DNA of 59,534 bases, counting the filler, from Ionaspis alba (lineage: Eukaryota): NCBI GenBank assembly GCA_964255285.1. It is 9 parts of 9 records of this genome, joined end to end, with 100 filler letters (N's around TTAATTAATTAA, not from the genome) between each part and the next. Parts side by side here need not be neighbours in the genome. Positions count along the whole stretch, not along the records: positions 46,491 to 52,966 come from CAXUUL010000915.1; positions 53,067 to 59,534 come from CAXUUL010000916.1; 7 more parts are not named here. One strand, given 5' to 3'. The notes beneath the pieces are model-generated. The model was not told where the DNA came from, searched no databases, and saw only the letters and a program-made list of their open reading frames with translations. Made by a program: the position numbers and the translations under genes. Shown here in pieces: positions 47,092-59,164 of this stretch (position 1 is its first letter; the number at the start of each line of letters is the position of its first letter).

Positions 47092-47903
47092 CGCTGCAGC
47101 GAGAGAGTTGCGTTTGGCTTCGTTCTTTGGACTTGAAGTCTAGATCGCGAGATTCGATGGCAGAATTGTCGGTCGAGTGGTGGGGATGACCGAGTGGGTC
47201 TTTAGCATGTAAAGCGAGCGCAAAGACTCCTGAAGTCGCTCGCTGGTAGAGATGGTACGGACAAGAAAGAGGTGTAAAGTCAATGGGAAGTGTACAAGAG
47301 GTGAAAAGTGCAAAAGAAAAAATAAAATCGCTTAGCGAGCCCACAATCAACCCCACCCGAAGTGGGGTCGTGGATCTCGAACGGGGTCCTCTGTTCGTCC
47401 ATCTCTTTTTCACAAAGTTGTTGAGCAAGTCACGTTTTGTAAAGTACTTCTCTCCAATACTCTCCCCTAAAATCCCACCCATGGTCTATCATATCGAATC
47501 CAAACACCAAGACTGACCCAAAAACGATAAGCCACACTCTCCACACCCCCCGGGACATGCAAGCAAACCCTCCTCCCATCCACCCCGCCTCATCATGCCA
47601 ATATCCGCTGCATCCCCCAGTGTCTCACCCTTATGCCAAATGCACGTGGGGCGTGACCTGGGGGCTGGTCACACCCTCTCCACGCACCCAATTGCCCAAT
47701 TTGTGATCAATAGAACACCATTATCGGCGGCGAGAAGTTTGACGTTCCCGGTATGTCGTGCAGCTGTAGTGGTTGCGTGTGTGTGTGGTATGCGGATATT
47801 TTGTGGACTCGGAGTGGGTGCCTAGAATCTGACATGCATTTTGGAGGATTTTGGGAAGGAGAGGTTGAGAGGGCTTAGCTGAGATGGGGGTCTAGGGATG
47901 GTG

Positions 47904-48003
47904 NNNNNNNNNNNNNNNNNNNNNNNNNNNNNNNNNNNNNNNNNNNNNNNNNNNNNNNNNNNNNNNNNNNNNNNNNNNNNNNNNNNNNNNNNNNNNNNNN
48001 NNN
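47904..48003. other. 100-N scaffold gap within a contig
   Basis: 100 N with no TTAATTAATTAA linker. Confidence 0.95.
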
Positions 48004-48636
48004 AAAGAGGGGCGAAAAGCAAACAAACAATCTAGCTCGGTTGGATCTCCTCAAGGAACGGGTGAGGGGAATCTCTGCGCGCAGAAAGGGATATCCATGC
48101 TTGCGCACGCATGCTTACAGGATTTGCGTCCGGGAACCCCCAAACTCGACATGACCCGAGTAAGCGAGCTGAAGGTTTAGTGACACGAGCGCGATTATAG
48201 TCTCGAGATCGCTGCAGCTCCCTTTGAGGAGTATGGGAGCATGGAGGCAATGAGATTGATTGATTGCTAGTTGTGGATAGCTGTCATGTCCGTGTTTGTT
48301 GTTACTTTGAGAGCAATGTATGAGTGTTTTTCTCTCCTCTCGTTTGATAATTCCCGACCCTTCCGATGACCATTTCCCATTTGTGAAAGATTTCCCTTCC
48401 CGCCATTTCTAAATTCCTGCCATCCATCCACCGTTCCATCCATCCAATAGTGATTATGACCGACGCCGATATATGCAGAAATGATTTGGTGTGACCGTCA
48501 AGGAAATAAAGTAGATGTATGAAGACAACGGTAAGAAACAGAGTGAGATGTCGTTAGAATGAAAAGAGTCCCGTCAGGTGTAAATGTGATCCAAATTCAT
48601 TTGCCATATCCCGAAACTCCGACTTGATGATCCTCA

Positions 48637-49628
48637 TCAATGGGCAGCGATAGCATTGCTTTTCCTCCCCATACTCCAGACCTTCCGCCTCTTATTCTGA
48701 ACAGGAGCAACGACCTCTGGCTGAATGGGTGGCTGAGTAGCGGGACGCCAATTTGGTTGCTGAGCAGCGACTTTCTCCCACAGGGGAGGTTCACGCACTT
48801 TTCGCTCGGGCTCGACGTAGGTGTCGATGACGGCGTCTATCTGTTGAGGTTTTTGGATTTGTTGAGGTTGATGCTGGTGGTAAGGCTGATTAAGGTGGTA
48901 AGGTTGCTGAAGCTGTTGAGGTTGCTGGCGCTGGCGAGGCTGTTCGATCCGGCGAGGCGACGGAGGCAACTGGATTTGTGGGACCTGGAGGGCTTGTTGT
49001 GTTTGTCCTTCGGTTGATGGCAGCTCAAGGATTTCTGCAGATGTAACATTAGTGTTGTATCATGGTGGAGCAGATAGTGTGGAAGACATACGTGATGATG
49101 CCGAAGAAGCGGACGAATTACCCGAGGATTCGACTGGGGAGACCTCTGTAGATATTGTTAGACCTTGTTATTCTATTAGAGGCAACTGAGGATTGACGTA
49201 CGATTGCTCGCCAATGGGCTCTTTGCCATGTTGAATCTTGAATGGCGAGGATGCTGTGACTCGTAGCCTTCAAGACCTTGGAAGCCGAGGTGGGATCTTC
49301 TGACCTCCAGTCTAGGTTGGGATGTCCTCGATGTGAAAGTATCGGCACTGTTGTAGCTGCTGTTCCGGTTGATTGAAGTGTTCTGGAGAGTGGTCTGAGA
49401 GAGATAGCTGGAGTTCCTGCTCATCTCACTCCGTCTCTTGTTCTGTTTCTTGATAGCCACTCTGTCCTCGTTTTTCCAGCTCGAGGGGGCTCCGTTCAAG
49501 GCATCGACAGCGGCATGGGTAGGGATGTGCCTGTAGGGCGCCTTGGGAGGCTTGTCCGAGACAGCCTTCTTGGCCTTTTCCTCCGCCGCTCTCTTCTTAG
49601 CAAGACTCATCTTCGAGAAGATCGACAT
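48637..49628 (-). CDS. Fungal hypothetical protein with Gln/Pro-repeat C-terminus (exons 49628-49202, 49145-49092, 49034-48637)
   Basis: MSIFSK...PYRHIPTHAAVDALNGAPSSWKNEDRVAIKKQNKRRS. Two frame-consistent introns (GTACGT..CTAAC..CAG and GTATGT..CTAAT..CAG). QQPQQL/QQPYHL/NQPYHQ repeats. Confidence 0.75.
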
Positions 49629-52600
49629 GTTGACGGTGTGGTTGAACGTATATTAATGACAGTGGGTTGTGGTAACGAGAAGTTCAGGAATCGAGCGGGA
49701 TAATACGAAGGATTTGCTGAGGGGAAGAGCTCCGACAAATATATGGCCAAACAGAGTTTGGTTAACCCAACAAGGTGGCCGCAAAGGGAGGGAAGATTAT
49801 TCAAACGACGACGTAAGTGCTCACGGCTTGCCAATGCCGGAATCCTAGTGTGAAGTCTATTAGGGGACGAATTGCGAAATCCAGGGTCCGAGACGGAACG
49901 GTTGTGCGGCTCTAGCAGTAGTGTTTCCTATTTCATATGACAGGTAAAGATTTGCAAAAGGGTGACCACAATTAGTGAAAGTAGAAGATCTCGAATAATT
50001 CAGGGTAATAATGATCGAGTACAGAAGAAGGAGGAAAAAGAAAAAGCCTGAAACGATGGAGGATCGAGGGGGGATTTTATGAAGGGCACAGCAGAGGTTT
50101 AGCAGACAGTTCGGGAGGAGGGTTTGGATTGGGGCCAACACGAACGGGGATCGAGTGCGCCATCCAGAGAGTCCGATGCACCAATTGATTTCGGTGAGAG
50201 GAGCCCTTATCGCTTCCTTGTGCATGTTTGGCTTGACCCTTCCGGCTGGGTTTCCACTTAATCCTGCATGCTTTTTCGTCCTGCCATGCCATGCTAGCTG
50301 GGGAGGGAAGCATTGCATGGTGCAGCAATTGGGACGGGTCAGCCGTGGGAGGCATCGGAAGACGCAGACCAGAATCGGACGGTGCTGATGGTCGATTCGG
50401 GTCGAAGCCAGCATTTCGTCGAACGCAAATGCGGCACTGGCCGACTAGAGAAGAGAAGAATAATGAGAAACAACGGTTTGGGGCTCAGGGTCAGGGGTGA
50501 TCCGCTCCAGGCGGTGGATACCAGTAGTTTCCATGCGCAAGCGTGAGATGGGTTGAGAGTCGAAGTTCCGTTTTGAGGTTCGAAGGCACTTCCCAACTCT
50601 CTTAGGCGCACGCTGGCGTCTGCCACCCACGCGAACGTCATTACTAAAGAGGTAACACGAATCGTCTAGAGCTTCTTTCAATCGACTCCTTTGGAGCTAT
50701 AGAACCACCTCGCCAAGGTCAGCAGCTCCGAGGCGCGTACTCCTCCATGGGACAATGTCAACGCCAGACGGGCACGCCAGGACAGTGCCGATGTGCGAGT
50801 TATCGTCCCAAACAATTCATGCTGAGCCCACAATTGGACGGATAAGAGTATGGCGTTCAAGTCTGCGCTAACCTTCTTGCGTGGCTGCTGGTGCTCTTCG
50901 TACGAGTAGTCCGACTTCTTGGCCTGTTGCCATCCTCTAATCGGCGACTTCTGTACAAGGGTTTGCAGATTTTCTCTAAGCGCATCACTCCCATCATCTC
51001 AAGGACAGCAGTTCTTGGGCTGTTCTCCCAGCACCGGTGGTCTGGGTCCTTTTTTCCTGTGCGATCCCGCTTGCAAGGTCTACCACATGTACATGCTGGG
51101 ACATCCCGACTGCATACGCATGCCTAATTTCTATTCCATTCCTGTAAGGTTAGGGCGTGGCTATCAATACCACCTGTGGCCTTCAATATGTCGAGAAGAG
51201 TCCCTACAGCGCTCGTGTATGCACCTTGGCTTGGAATCTCATTTGCTTCAGCCTCAATGGAATTAACCACTCAGGCACATTCACTCCATGGCTGAACCGT
51301 CGATATGTCAAAAGCTTGTTTATCGCCACCCGCCTCCCGCTATTATTATTACTTTCGGTTGTCTTAGGTGAAACTCTGTTGAGATCCTTTCCCAACTCGA
51401 ATGGCTCTTAGCCACTCAGAAGAGGTGAGACCCAATTTTCTAGCCTTCCGTCTTCAAACAATGACGAGCTGCACTTCCCGTCGACTAATCGATAAGGTGG
51501 TCTGGCTACCTGGATGGTGCATCTGACTCTATTCTCGAACTGCATGGTTTGGCATTACATTGCATGATCTCTTCGTTGGGGGACGCCGTTATTCCTGGTC
51601 CGGAGATCTCGTCATGAGATGATGCCACACCTCGAATACATCTGCTTAGGGCAAATCACAATCTCGTTTGCTGCATGTTGCTGTTTGTGGAACCGCCGAA
51701 ACCTGATCTTGGTGTTTCGATTCTGCAGATACAGCAATGTTATCGAGATACATCAACTGGGACAATGCAGGAAAGGTACAGCCACGCTATTTCCAAATAT
51801 CGCCACCGCCGTACTGGATATGAGGTCTTTCTTCCAGGCTTGTCCTGATCGTGAATCTGCAAGACCAGCCATGGTGTTGGATCTTGAATACCACTTTTGT
51901 TATCTTCAACACAGTTGCAGAGTGCTTGCCGACCCTTTTAAACAACTCGAGTAGCTCGTGATTGCGCCCGTCACGATCTAGATCAGATACCTGTTGAAGC
52001 TGTCGCAATCTTGAACTATTGGAGTCTCCCCATGGGGTATCGTGGCTTCGGGGGTGATCCGTTTGCTATTGGAAATAACCCTCCTCCTCTTGCCCACTCT
52101 GTTATGCAAAACATGTGCTCGCTGCTCACCAACTCAAAGTGCTTTTCACTGGACTCTCAAAATCTCTTCTAATGCTACACAACGTCATATGACCAGCATA
52201 TCTGCATCGGAAACCCAGAGTACAACATATCATCCATGCCCGGTTTCTCGTTTAATCAAACTTCTGCAGCTCGTGCGTCTTTCCATGCCTGAAAATGCGC
52301 AGTAGAAAGTCAAGGACGAAATAACCAAGTTTTCATTGCGCATTGCAGTAAGCACGTTACCTATAATTTCCGCCTGTGGAGGCGGTGGGGGTCAAGTCCT
52401 ATGTTTAAAGCAACATTCGTCGAATCTATATATCTTGCACTCAGACGGTGTCAATCAATAGAAGGATCGAGAGATGAAGTCGACAAGAGAAGCCAAGAAG
52501 TGTAATCTGGACATGGTGGTGTGGTCGGCAGCCACGAAGACAAAATCTGATCCTTCGAAACTCAGATTGCAGCACTTCGCTGGCTTTGATTCGACGACGG

Positions 52601-52966
52601 GACGGTAACTGTATCTAGATAACGGCATAGATCTTGGACGTCACTGTCGGTAAATGAAGCCTCGCGGCTGACATAGCAGAGCACTTATCAACGGGAGATA
52701 AGTGAAAATCTCATCTGCGCAAAGTCTTGCTGAGCCGGAAGTTGGTCCATCCGACGTCTTGTCAGCAGCTGTAAACGCAGACTCCTGCATTTCCGTTGAA
52801 GGTACGGGTTGAAAACTTGCTCGTGTTAACGTAAGTGCAGGCTGCAAGAGACGTGACTCGATCACCTCAGCTGTCGAAGGTTCTGTGTGTGTGTCACAAC
52901 AGCCAATCTGCTTTGGCTGACTGCATAGGTGAGTGCATCTACAAGCAAGCGAGGAACGCGATCGTA

Positions 52967-53066
52967 NNNNNNNNNNNNNNNNNNNNNNNNNNNNNNNNNN
53001 NNNNNNNNNNTTAATTAATTAANNNNNNNNNNNNNNNNNNNNNNNNNNNNNNNNNNNNNNNNNNNN
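52967..53066. other. Artificial contig linker
   Basis: N44-TTAATTAATTAA-N44. Confidence 0.97.
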
Positions 53067-53268
53067 ACCTTTCACAGTCCGCCGAGTCTAAACTCCGATA
53101 GAGAACTCCTTGCCATGACTAAACGCTATCTTCAATGTTCTATTGTCGTCTTGCAAACCATTGTCATTGTATGGAGGAGTCTCCAGGCTAGCGATGCTAA
53201 CTACGTCAGTATACTGCCAGCAATCAAACCCCAAATCAGTCAGGGTTGGAACTCACAGGCTATTGCAT

Positions 53269-53583
53269 CTACTTGATGTGCTTCCTGACGATGGATTCCA
53301 TCTCCTGGACCTCCTCACTGGCCTTGCCCTTCGAGGCGGCGACTTGGACATTCGTTACCTGCACAATGTTGTGTCGAGACTTGGCGGCTTCGTATTTACC
53401 CTCGGACCATTCTTTCATTTTGTCAACAACGAGTTGCTCTTTGCTGTCCGGGATCTCCGCATTCTTGGAAGTACGCGCAATAGTGCTTCCAACGTGGTAT
53501 TTGGCACTGTAGTTGATTCGCCCAGCGAATACATCGGTTGCGAGCAAAAGGACGGCGAAGATGAAGATTTTGAAGCTGAGCAT
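53269..53583 (-). CDS. Small secreted Cys-free protein, effector-like (104 aa)
   Basis: Signal peptide MLSFKIFIFAVLLLATDVFA. Context CCAACATG. A 40-nt 5'UTR intron at 53637-53598 (GTATGG..GCTAAT..CAG) and TATAA at 53792-53788. Confidence 0.75.
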   Translation of the reverse strand: MLSFKIFIFAVLLLATDVFAGRINYSAKYHVGSTIARTSKNAEIPDSKEQLVVDKMKEWSEGKYEAAKSRHNIVQVTNVQVAASKGKASEEVQEMESIVRKHIK

Positions 53584-55050
53584 GTTGGCTGATGTTTCTG
53601 TTGTGGATGATTAGCAATCAGACACGTGAATCCATACATTTAGGATCACGAACGGTTATTTGGAATGGGCCTGCTGGAGGATTGCTGTGGTAGGTCCTTG
53701 TGGCTGTTCTGCCGAAGCTGGAGGTGTTCTTGTGGTTGTTCTGTGGGTGTGCTGTCTAAAGTTCTGACACTGGATCCTGCGATGAACTTATATTCCTCAT
53801 CCTCCTTCCTTCGTCTGCAGCATCTTCACCTTTACCGACGCTTTGAGCCAACCTTCATGTTGCTTGGGCTATGCTATCCTTTAGCCATCCCTTGACCCAA
53901 CGTCTACGTTGCTTAGGGTTATACTGTTATACGCCGAGGGAAGGGAAGGAAAGCACAAGCTTGGGTAGGTAGTATGCAGCTAACTCCCGCAGGCTAGAGT
54001 ATGATCAGCGTTCCATTACTTGATAAATTGTTACGCGTGTTGCATATATTATCTTGAAACGATGCTTTCAATCAATGTTTACGATGGTCGAGACCCTTTC
54101 TGCAATCTCTCGGGGATTACAGGCGTAAGGGCAAACTGCACCCCTGACAGGTTGTGAATAGTCTCGATGTTCCGTTGATAGTGCACGGGCTTAAGGGACG
54201 GACCGCATGGCCTTGCAATTCCATCTGTAAGCGATTGTTCTAACCAACGTTCACGTGGGTTGGGGCTATATCATTCTTGATATGATCCCTGGAACCAACA
54301 TTTATGTTTCGTTGGGCTATAAAGGTATGCGCAGAGGTAGAGGAGAGCAAGGCACAACCTTGAGTATTCAGTGTATAGGCACCTGCAGGTTAAAGAATGA
54401 CCATCTTTCTCCAACTCATAATCTGCCACGCACATAAGGTGGAGCCAGTTCGTCCTCGAGCGAACCTTTGAACCAACGTTCACGTTATTAAGGGTTACCA
54501 GCAACAGGCGGTGCAACATGGTGATAGACGGCCTCGATAGCTGGTGGCGCGAACTGTCGGGAAACCAAGGTAGAAGGTAGCGGTTTAAAGGCTGGAAGGA
54601 GACTAGGACAACCGGGAGGCGGAAGATCCGTCTAGCCGACCTGCAGAAAAGTTGATAAACGCTCCCCATATTTGTTGTATGTGAGTTGGCGTTTATCATA
54701 TCCAACAACAACCAGCCGGCTCAAGGGGTCCGGGTTCCTATTGAATAAGATTATAATGACGTCTTTCAATGCGGCTGCTTGCTTTCCAGCTACCGATACA
54801 ATGACACGTGCTGGCCTCCGCCCCTGCAGAATGGCTGAGCCTTTCCGGGGCGGCTTAGTGAAATCTCTGTGAAGAATGTTATCAGATCCGTAGGGAAGTA
54901 AGCAGGCCCAGCACGTTCCTCGAGCTGGTCATACCAAGCTACACCACCCAAGTGCACCGCGAGAAATCTCTCGCCCTCATCTATTTCTTCATAGTGACTC
55001 TTCCATATTTTACTCACACATACCCGCATACGTTAGACTTCCCGAAGAAC

Positions 55051-55896
55051 ATGACGGCAACGGCAGCCAATTTTTCTACATTTCCTCTCTTCCCGAACCT
55101 CTCTCCAGAGCTACGCAACCAGATATGGTACGACGGCCTGCCCGAAGAAGTCGGTCCAGGCTTGTACTTCTACAAAAAGGGGTGTTGGTGCCCTCGACGC
55201 TTATCAGAATCCGATGAAGGTTATGACCCTCAAAACGAAGAGAATAACCTGAACTTCGAGTTCCGCCACGACTTGTTAGACCAGATCCAAGTTGAGGTGC
55301 CGCTGGTCTTCGTCAACCGCGAGGCCCGCGGCATCGCCCTCGCCTGGGTTCACGAACAAAATCTCGAGATACGTCCCCGCGAGGATAGACAGGTCCCTGT
55401 CTTTGTGCGCCGTTTTGACCCAATGCGCGATGCGTTGTACATCACGCCAGAGAAATGGAATGAGTTTCTCTGCGAGCCTGACGATCGACAATTTGAACCG
55501 GATCTCATTGAACAGCTCGTCGACATTTCACCCGACCTCACACGCATCGCTGTGCCTGAGGCGCTGTTTCGCAGTGAGGTCGCCTCATTACCCGAGATGT
55601 TTCGTTTCTTTTTCAATCTAAAAGTGTTACTCATTGTCGTCGACGCGCCACCGGATCTACATGCCGTAGATAACGACATGAAGGTTCAGCAGCGGTGGGA
55701 GTTTGAGAGCAGACGGGGACAAGTTTTCTTTTTGAATGACGATCGTAGCGGCTTCGACTTTGGGGATGGCGAGTACAGCGGCGACGAAGCCCTGTACAAG
55801 CTGATAGAGGAGGCTAAACAAGGTCTTAGCGAAGGCCTTGTCGAGAATCACATGCGCGGCCTTGAGATCCGGCTCGTCTCTGCCGTCAGAAAATGA
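55051..55896 (+). CDS. 2EXR-domain protein (281 aa)
   Basis: FPLFPNLSPELRNQIW and PLVFVNREARGIAL motifs, followed by FDPMRDALY. Intronless. Confidence 0.8.
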   Translation: MTATAANFSTFPLFPNLSPELRNQIWYDGLPEEVGPGLYFYKKGCWCPRRLSESDEGYDPQNEENNLNFEFRHDLLDQIQVEVPLVFVNREARGIALAWVHEQNLEIRPREDRQVPVFVRRFDPMRDALYITPEKWNEFLCEPDDRQFEPDLIEQLVDISPDLTRIAVPEALFRSEVASLPEMFRFFFNLKVLLIVVDAPPDLHAVDNDMKVQQRWEFESRRGQVFFLNDDRSGFDFGDGEYSGDEALYKLIEEAKQGLSEGLVENHMRGLEIRLVSAVRK

Positions 55897-57562
55897 ACGG
55901 GATTAGCTAGCAGCGGATATAACGAAATGGGCTCGAACGAGATAGGTAGGAATGAGATTGGTATGAATGACTTGGACATGAATGAATGAACATGAACGAA
56001 TGGGCGTGAACGACTCAGACACGGAGTCCGCATCCTTACTATCGTGCGGTAAAGAGAAACACAATCATTCGCCCAGTCAGGATGTATTAAACCCATTCCG
56101 CTCTATTATACATCGTGATGCAGGAACCCTATCATATCGATCAGTGTGCGACTCGCATACCTATGTATCCGTCGGTTCCTGGTTCACCACTACCCTCTCT
56201 ATTAGGCAACTCTGTTCTCAGAAGTATTGGCCGACCGGAGTAGAACGAAGCGTCGTTCCGGCTTCACCTGGTCCCTGAATGGACAGAGCATGACAGCTCG
56301 TTGCTAAAGATTTGGCTGGAAAGGAGGAGGCTGAGGTTGGCTCTTGGCCTCGCTGCCACTCTTTCCCTCATAAATCGTGTTTCTCCGAGAGATGTGAGAG
56401 AGAGTGCTGGGAGGAATTTTAGGACATGGCTATCAGCAATTCCCTAGAGCTTTTAGTATAAGGTATCTGATGGGATGAGGTGGCCGATCGTAGAATAGGA
56501 GACCCGGCGCTTTAAATCAAAGCATGCTGACTGGTTGGCCGGCAGAGGCTGCCAAGAATGTAATAAATAGTCGCTCGCGGCTGTTCTATAGCTTCGTTCT
56601 ATAGCGTATTCCTACACAGGTCGTTGTCGCTGTCGCTATTGCCATCGCCACCCTTTATCAACTAGTGTTCGTGTCCTCAAATTCTCAAATCCACAACCCT
56701 TGAACTAACCCGAAGATGATACCTTAGTTGACCATTGTCCGTCAGGAAAATCACTTTTTCGTTACTAAAACAAGTATGACCTTCTCCCATTGGCTGGATG
56801 AGTTTAAGCCGGACCATATCGAACTGGTTCGGATGAAAGAACGGTGATGTTCTTTAGATGTAAATGAGCGCAACTTCTTTTCATTGACTTGCTTAGAACG
56901 AGCAGCAACGCCAAATCACAGAACGTCCATGGACATTGGCATCGATCATCTTCCGACTGTGTTCGGGGGCTCTTGCTGCAGAGAGCAGCACATTGTGAGC
57001 TGTATGTCCTATCTTCGAAGAAGCCTTTCTATTTAGCCATGAGAACCCTTTACTAGGCCAATAAAGCTATTGAGAAACTATCATGTGGCAAGTTACGAGG
57101 AGGAGTAAAGCGGCCGTCCGACTGTAAGATCCGAAGGTTCCACTGTGCAGATTCTGTGTCAGCGTGGTACAGGTCCAGGTGAATAATTGTTTTATCATGT
57201 GCGATAGCATGGAGCTAAGAACTTGGTTCTGGAATGCTTACGAGTCTCAACAAACCGAGTATTGTTTTTAAAAAAAATCAGAAGAAACGAACTGCTGCCC
57301 TGTAACACACAGATGTTTTCTGGCGTTTCTCATCTGCATTGATGCTGTGAAGGCACAGCTTATATCCCCTTCCTCACCCATGATAGATGTTGATATTCGA
57401 GCAATCTCGAGCGTGTACTCAAGGAATCCAACAGACATACTCCGTCTTCAATGTTCAAATAATTTCCATCAACCATGCAGCACTGCTAATATCTCCACAT
57501 TTACCAAACACAACCACAATACTCTGTCCAAAGACAAGAAAGCCCTGCCAAGCTCCCAATCC

Positions 57563-58575
57563 ATGATGCTATCCCAAGATCTACCAAAGACCTACACACA
57601 ATCGCGAACATCTCTACGCAAAGTCAAGGTCTTGTTCCTCAGGAGGCAGTTCAAAGACTGTGCAGCCAGCTGCACATCTCTTTTGGACAAAGCTCTAGTG
57701 CTGGTAAACATTATTTACATCATCTACAAACCTAGAATGCTGACTACTATATCCAGCCTCATCCAACTCACGTAGTCTTCCTCCATTTCTACGCCGCCCT
57801 CTCCAACGAGCTCCTCGCCCGCTCAATACACAACCTCTCAACGAGCAAGCTTCCCCTCCTCACTCAATCCAAGACCTTTTACCTCTCTGCCCTGGCCATC
57901 CTCCATTCTCCTTCAGAACCAATAACACAGCGCTCAAGCACCAGCCCCACTTTCCAGAACCTTTCTACACGGGACCTCTCCACCTCACCATCAACACCAA
58001 CGCCCCGCCCACGCCATCTTTCCATCTCCCAGCTCCCGCCCTCTCTAATGCGTCCCCTTGACCCGCCCACGGCCATCTCCTCACCACAATCCACGACCTC
58101 AAGCATCAGCTCGCCAGAGCTCAGATCATCACCCCTGCACATCCGGAAAGTGCTGCCACGACCCACGAATGCTGAAGCACCACTACCATCACTCAAATCC
58201 ATCGCAGATGACCTCCAAGACCCGCAAACACCCGCTCACCCTTCCCCATCCACACCCCTAACAGTAACCTTCACAGCCTCCACATCAACCTGGTTGTACA
58301 CACGCTCCGTCACGCGCTACAACACCCACCTATCCGACTTCGCAGACCAGCTCCGTCACCATATCGCAGCTATCGAGACCTTGATAGCGACCACGGAAGA
58401 AGCACAGGCGGATCGTTATAGTGGCAGGCGGCTAGCTAGTAATGAGGGAGAGGAAGGGAGGAAGGTGGATAGGCAGGCGAGGATTGCGGAGTTGAAGGCG
58501 AGGGGGTGGGAGAGGAAGAGGTTTGAGCCTGAGGGGGTCAGGGAGTTGTGTCGGAGAGCGTTGGCTGAGTTGTGA
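57563..58575 (+). CDS. Fungal hypothetical protein (exons 57563-57703, 57757-58575)
   Basis: Intron GTAAAC..GCTGAC..CAG joins the ORFs. Helical N-region HPTHVVFLHFYAALSNELLARSIH, a Ser/Pro linker, and C-terminal RIAELKARGWERKRFE..ELCRRALAEL. Confidence 0.75.
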
Positions 58576-59164
58576 GGTGAGAGGGGCGAGAGGATGGGAC
58601 GCAGGAAGAACGGTTGTGGTTGAGGTGATGTGGAGGTAATGGCAAGGCTTTGAAAGCTTTCGATCGCTAGAAAGGTCGGTCGTTGGCATTGTCGAGGCCG
58701 CTATTTGGGTTACGGTCAAACCTACATTGCTGGGCAATTGTGCTAACGAGACGACTCGCACGTGGAAGAGTCTTCGATTCTTTTGGCCGAGATCGATGTG
58801 ACGATGTGAAGGTTAAGTCTAGGTGAGATTTGGCAAGGGAAAGCCGTTCTGGCGGCTGGTACTCCGATCTTGAGCTATTATTAAGCTTAAGTCGGGAGGT
58901 CACGACCAACACGCTACACACCGTCATGAAACAAGATATGTAGGTAAGCTCAAATAGCTTATATAGCTCCATTAAAAGGACCCTAGAATCCAAAGATCGC
59001 TAAGCGAGGCAAAAAAGCCATCATCAATCAGATCAACATCAGGAGTCAGAATCGCTAAGCACCCGTCACAAAGCTCCGTCGCATATCAACTCTCACCCTC
59101 ACCGCATCTCCGACTCCTCCTCTCCTTCCTTTTCCGAACACCACCCCTCATCCCCTCCACGACC

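Noticed and set aside
6603..53066. Regularly spaced TTAATTAATTAA repeats as a biological array (CRISPR-like or piggyBac TTAA sites)
   Set aside because: Each is centred in exactly 44+44 N and encodes six-frame stops, so it is a synthetic concatenation linker.
54271..54711. 146-aa minus-strand ORF between the secreted protein and 2EXR genes
   Set aside because: No recognisable motif or coding-like composition. It could be a relic but is unsupported.
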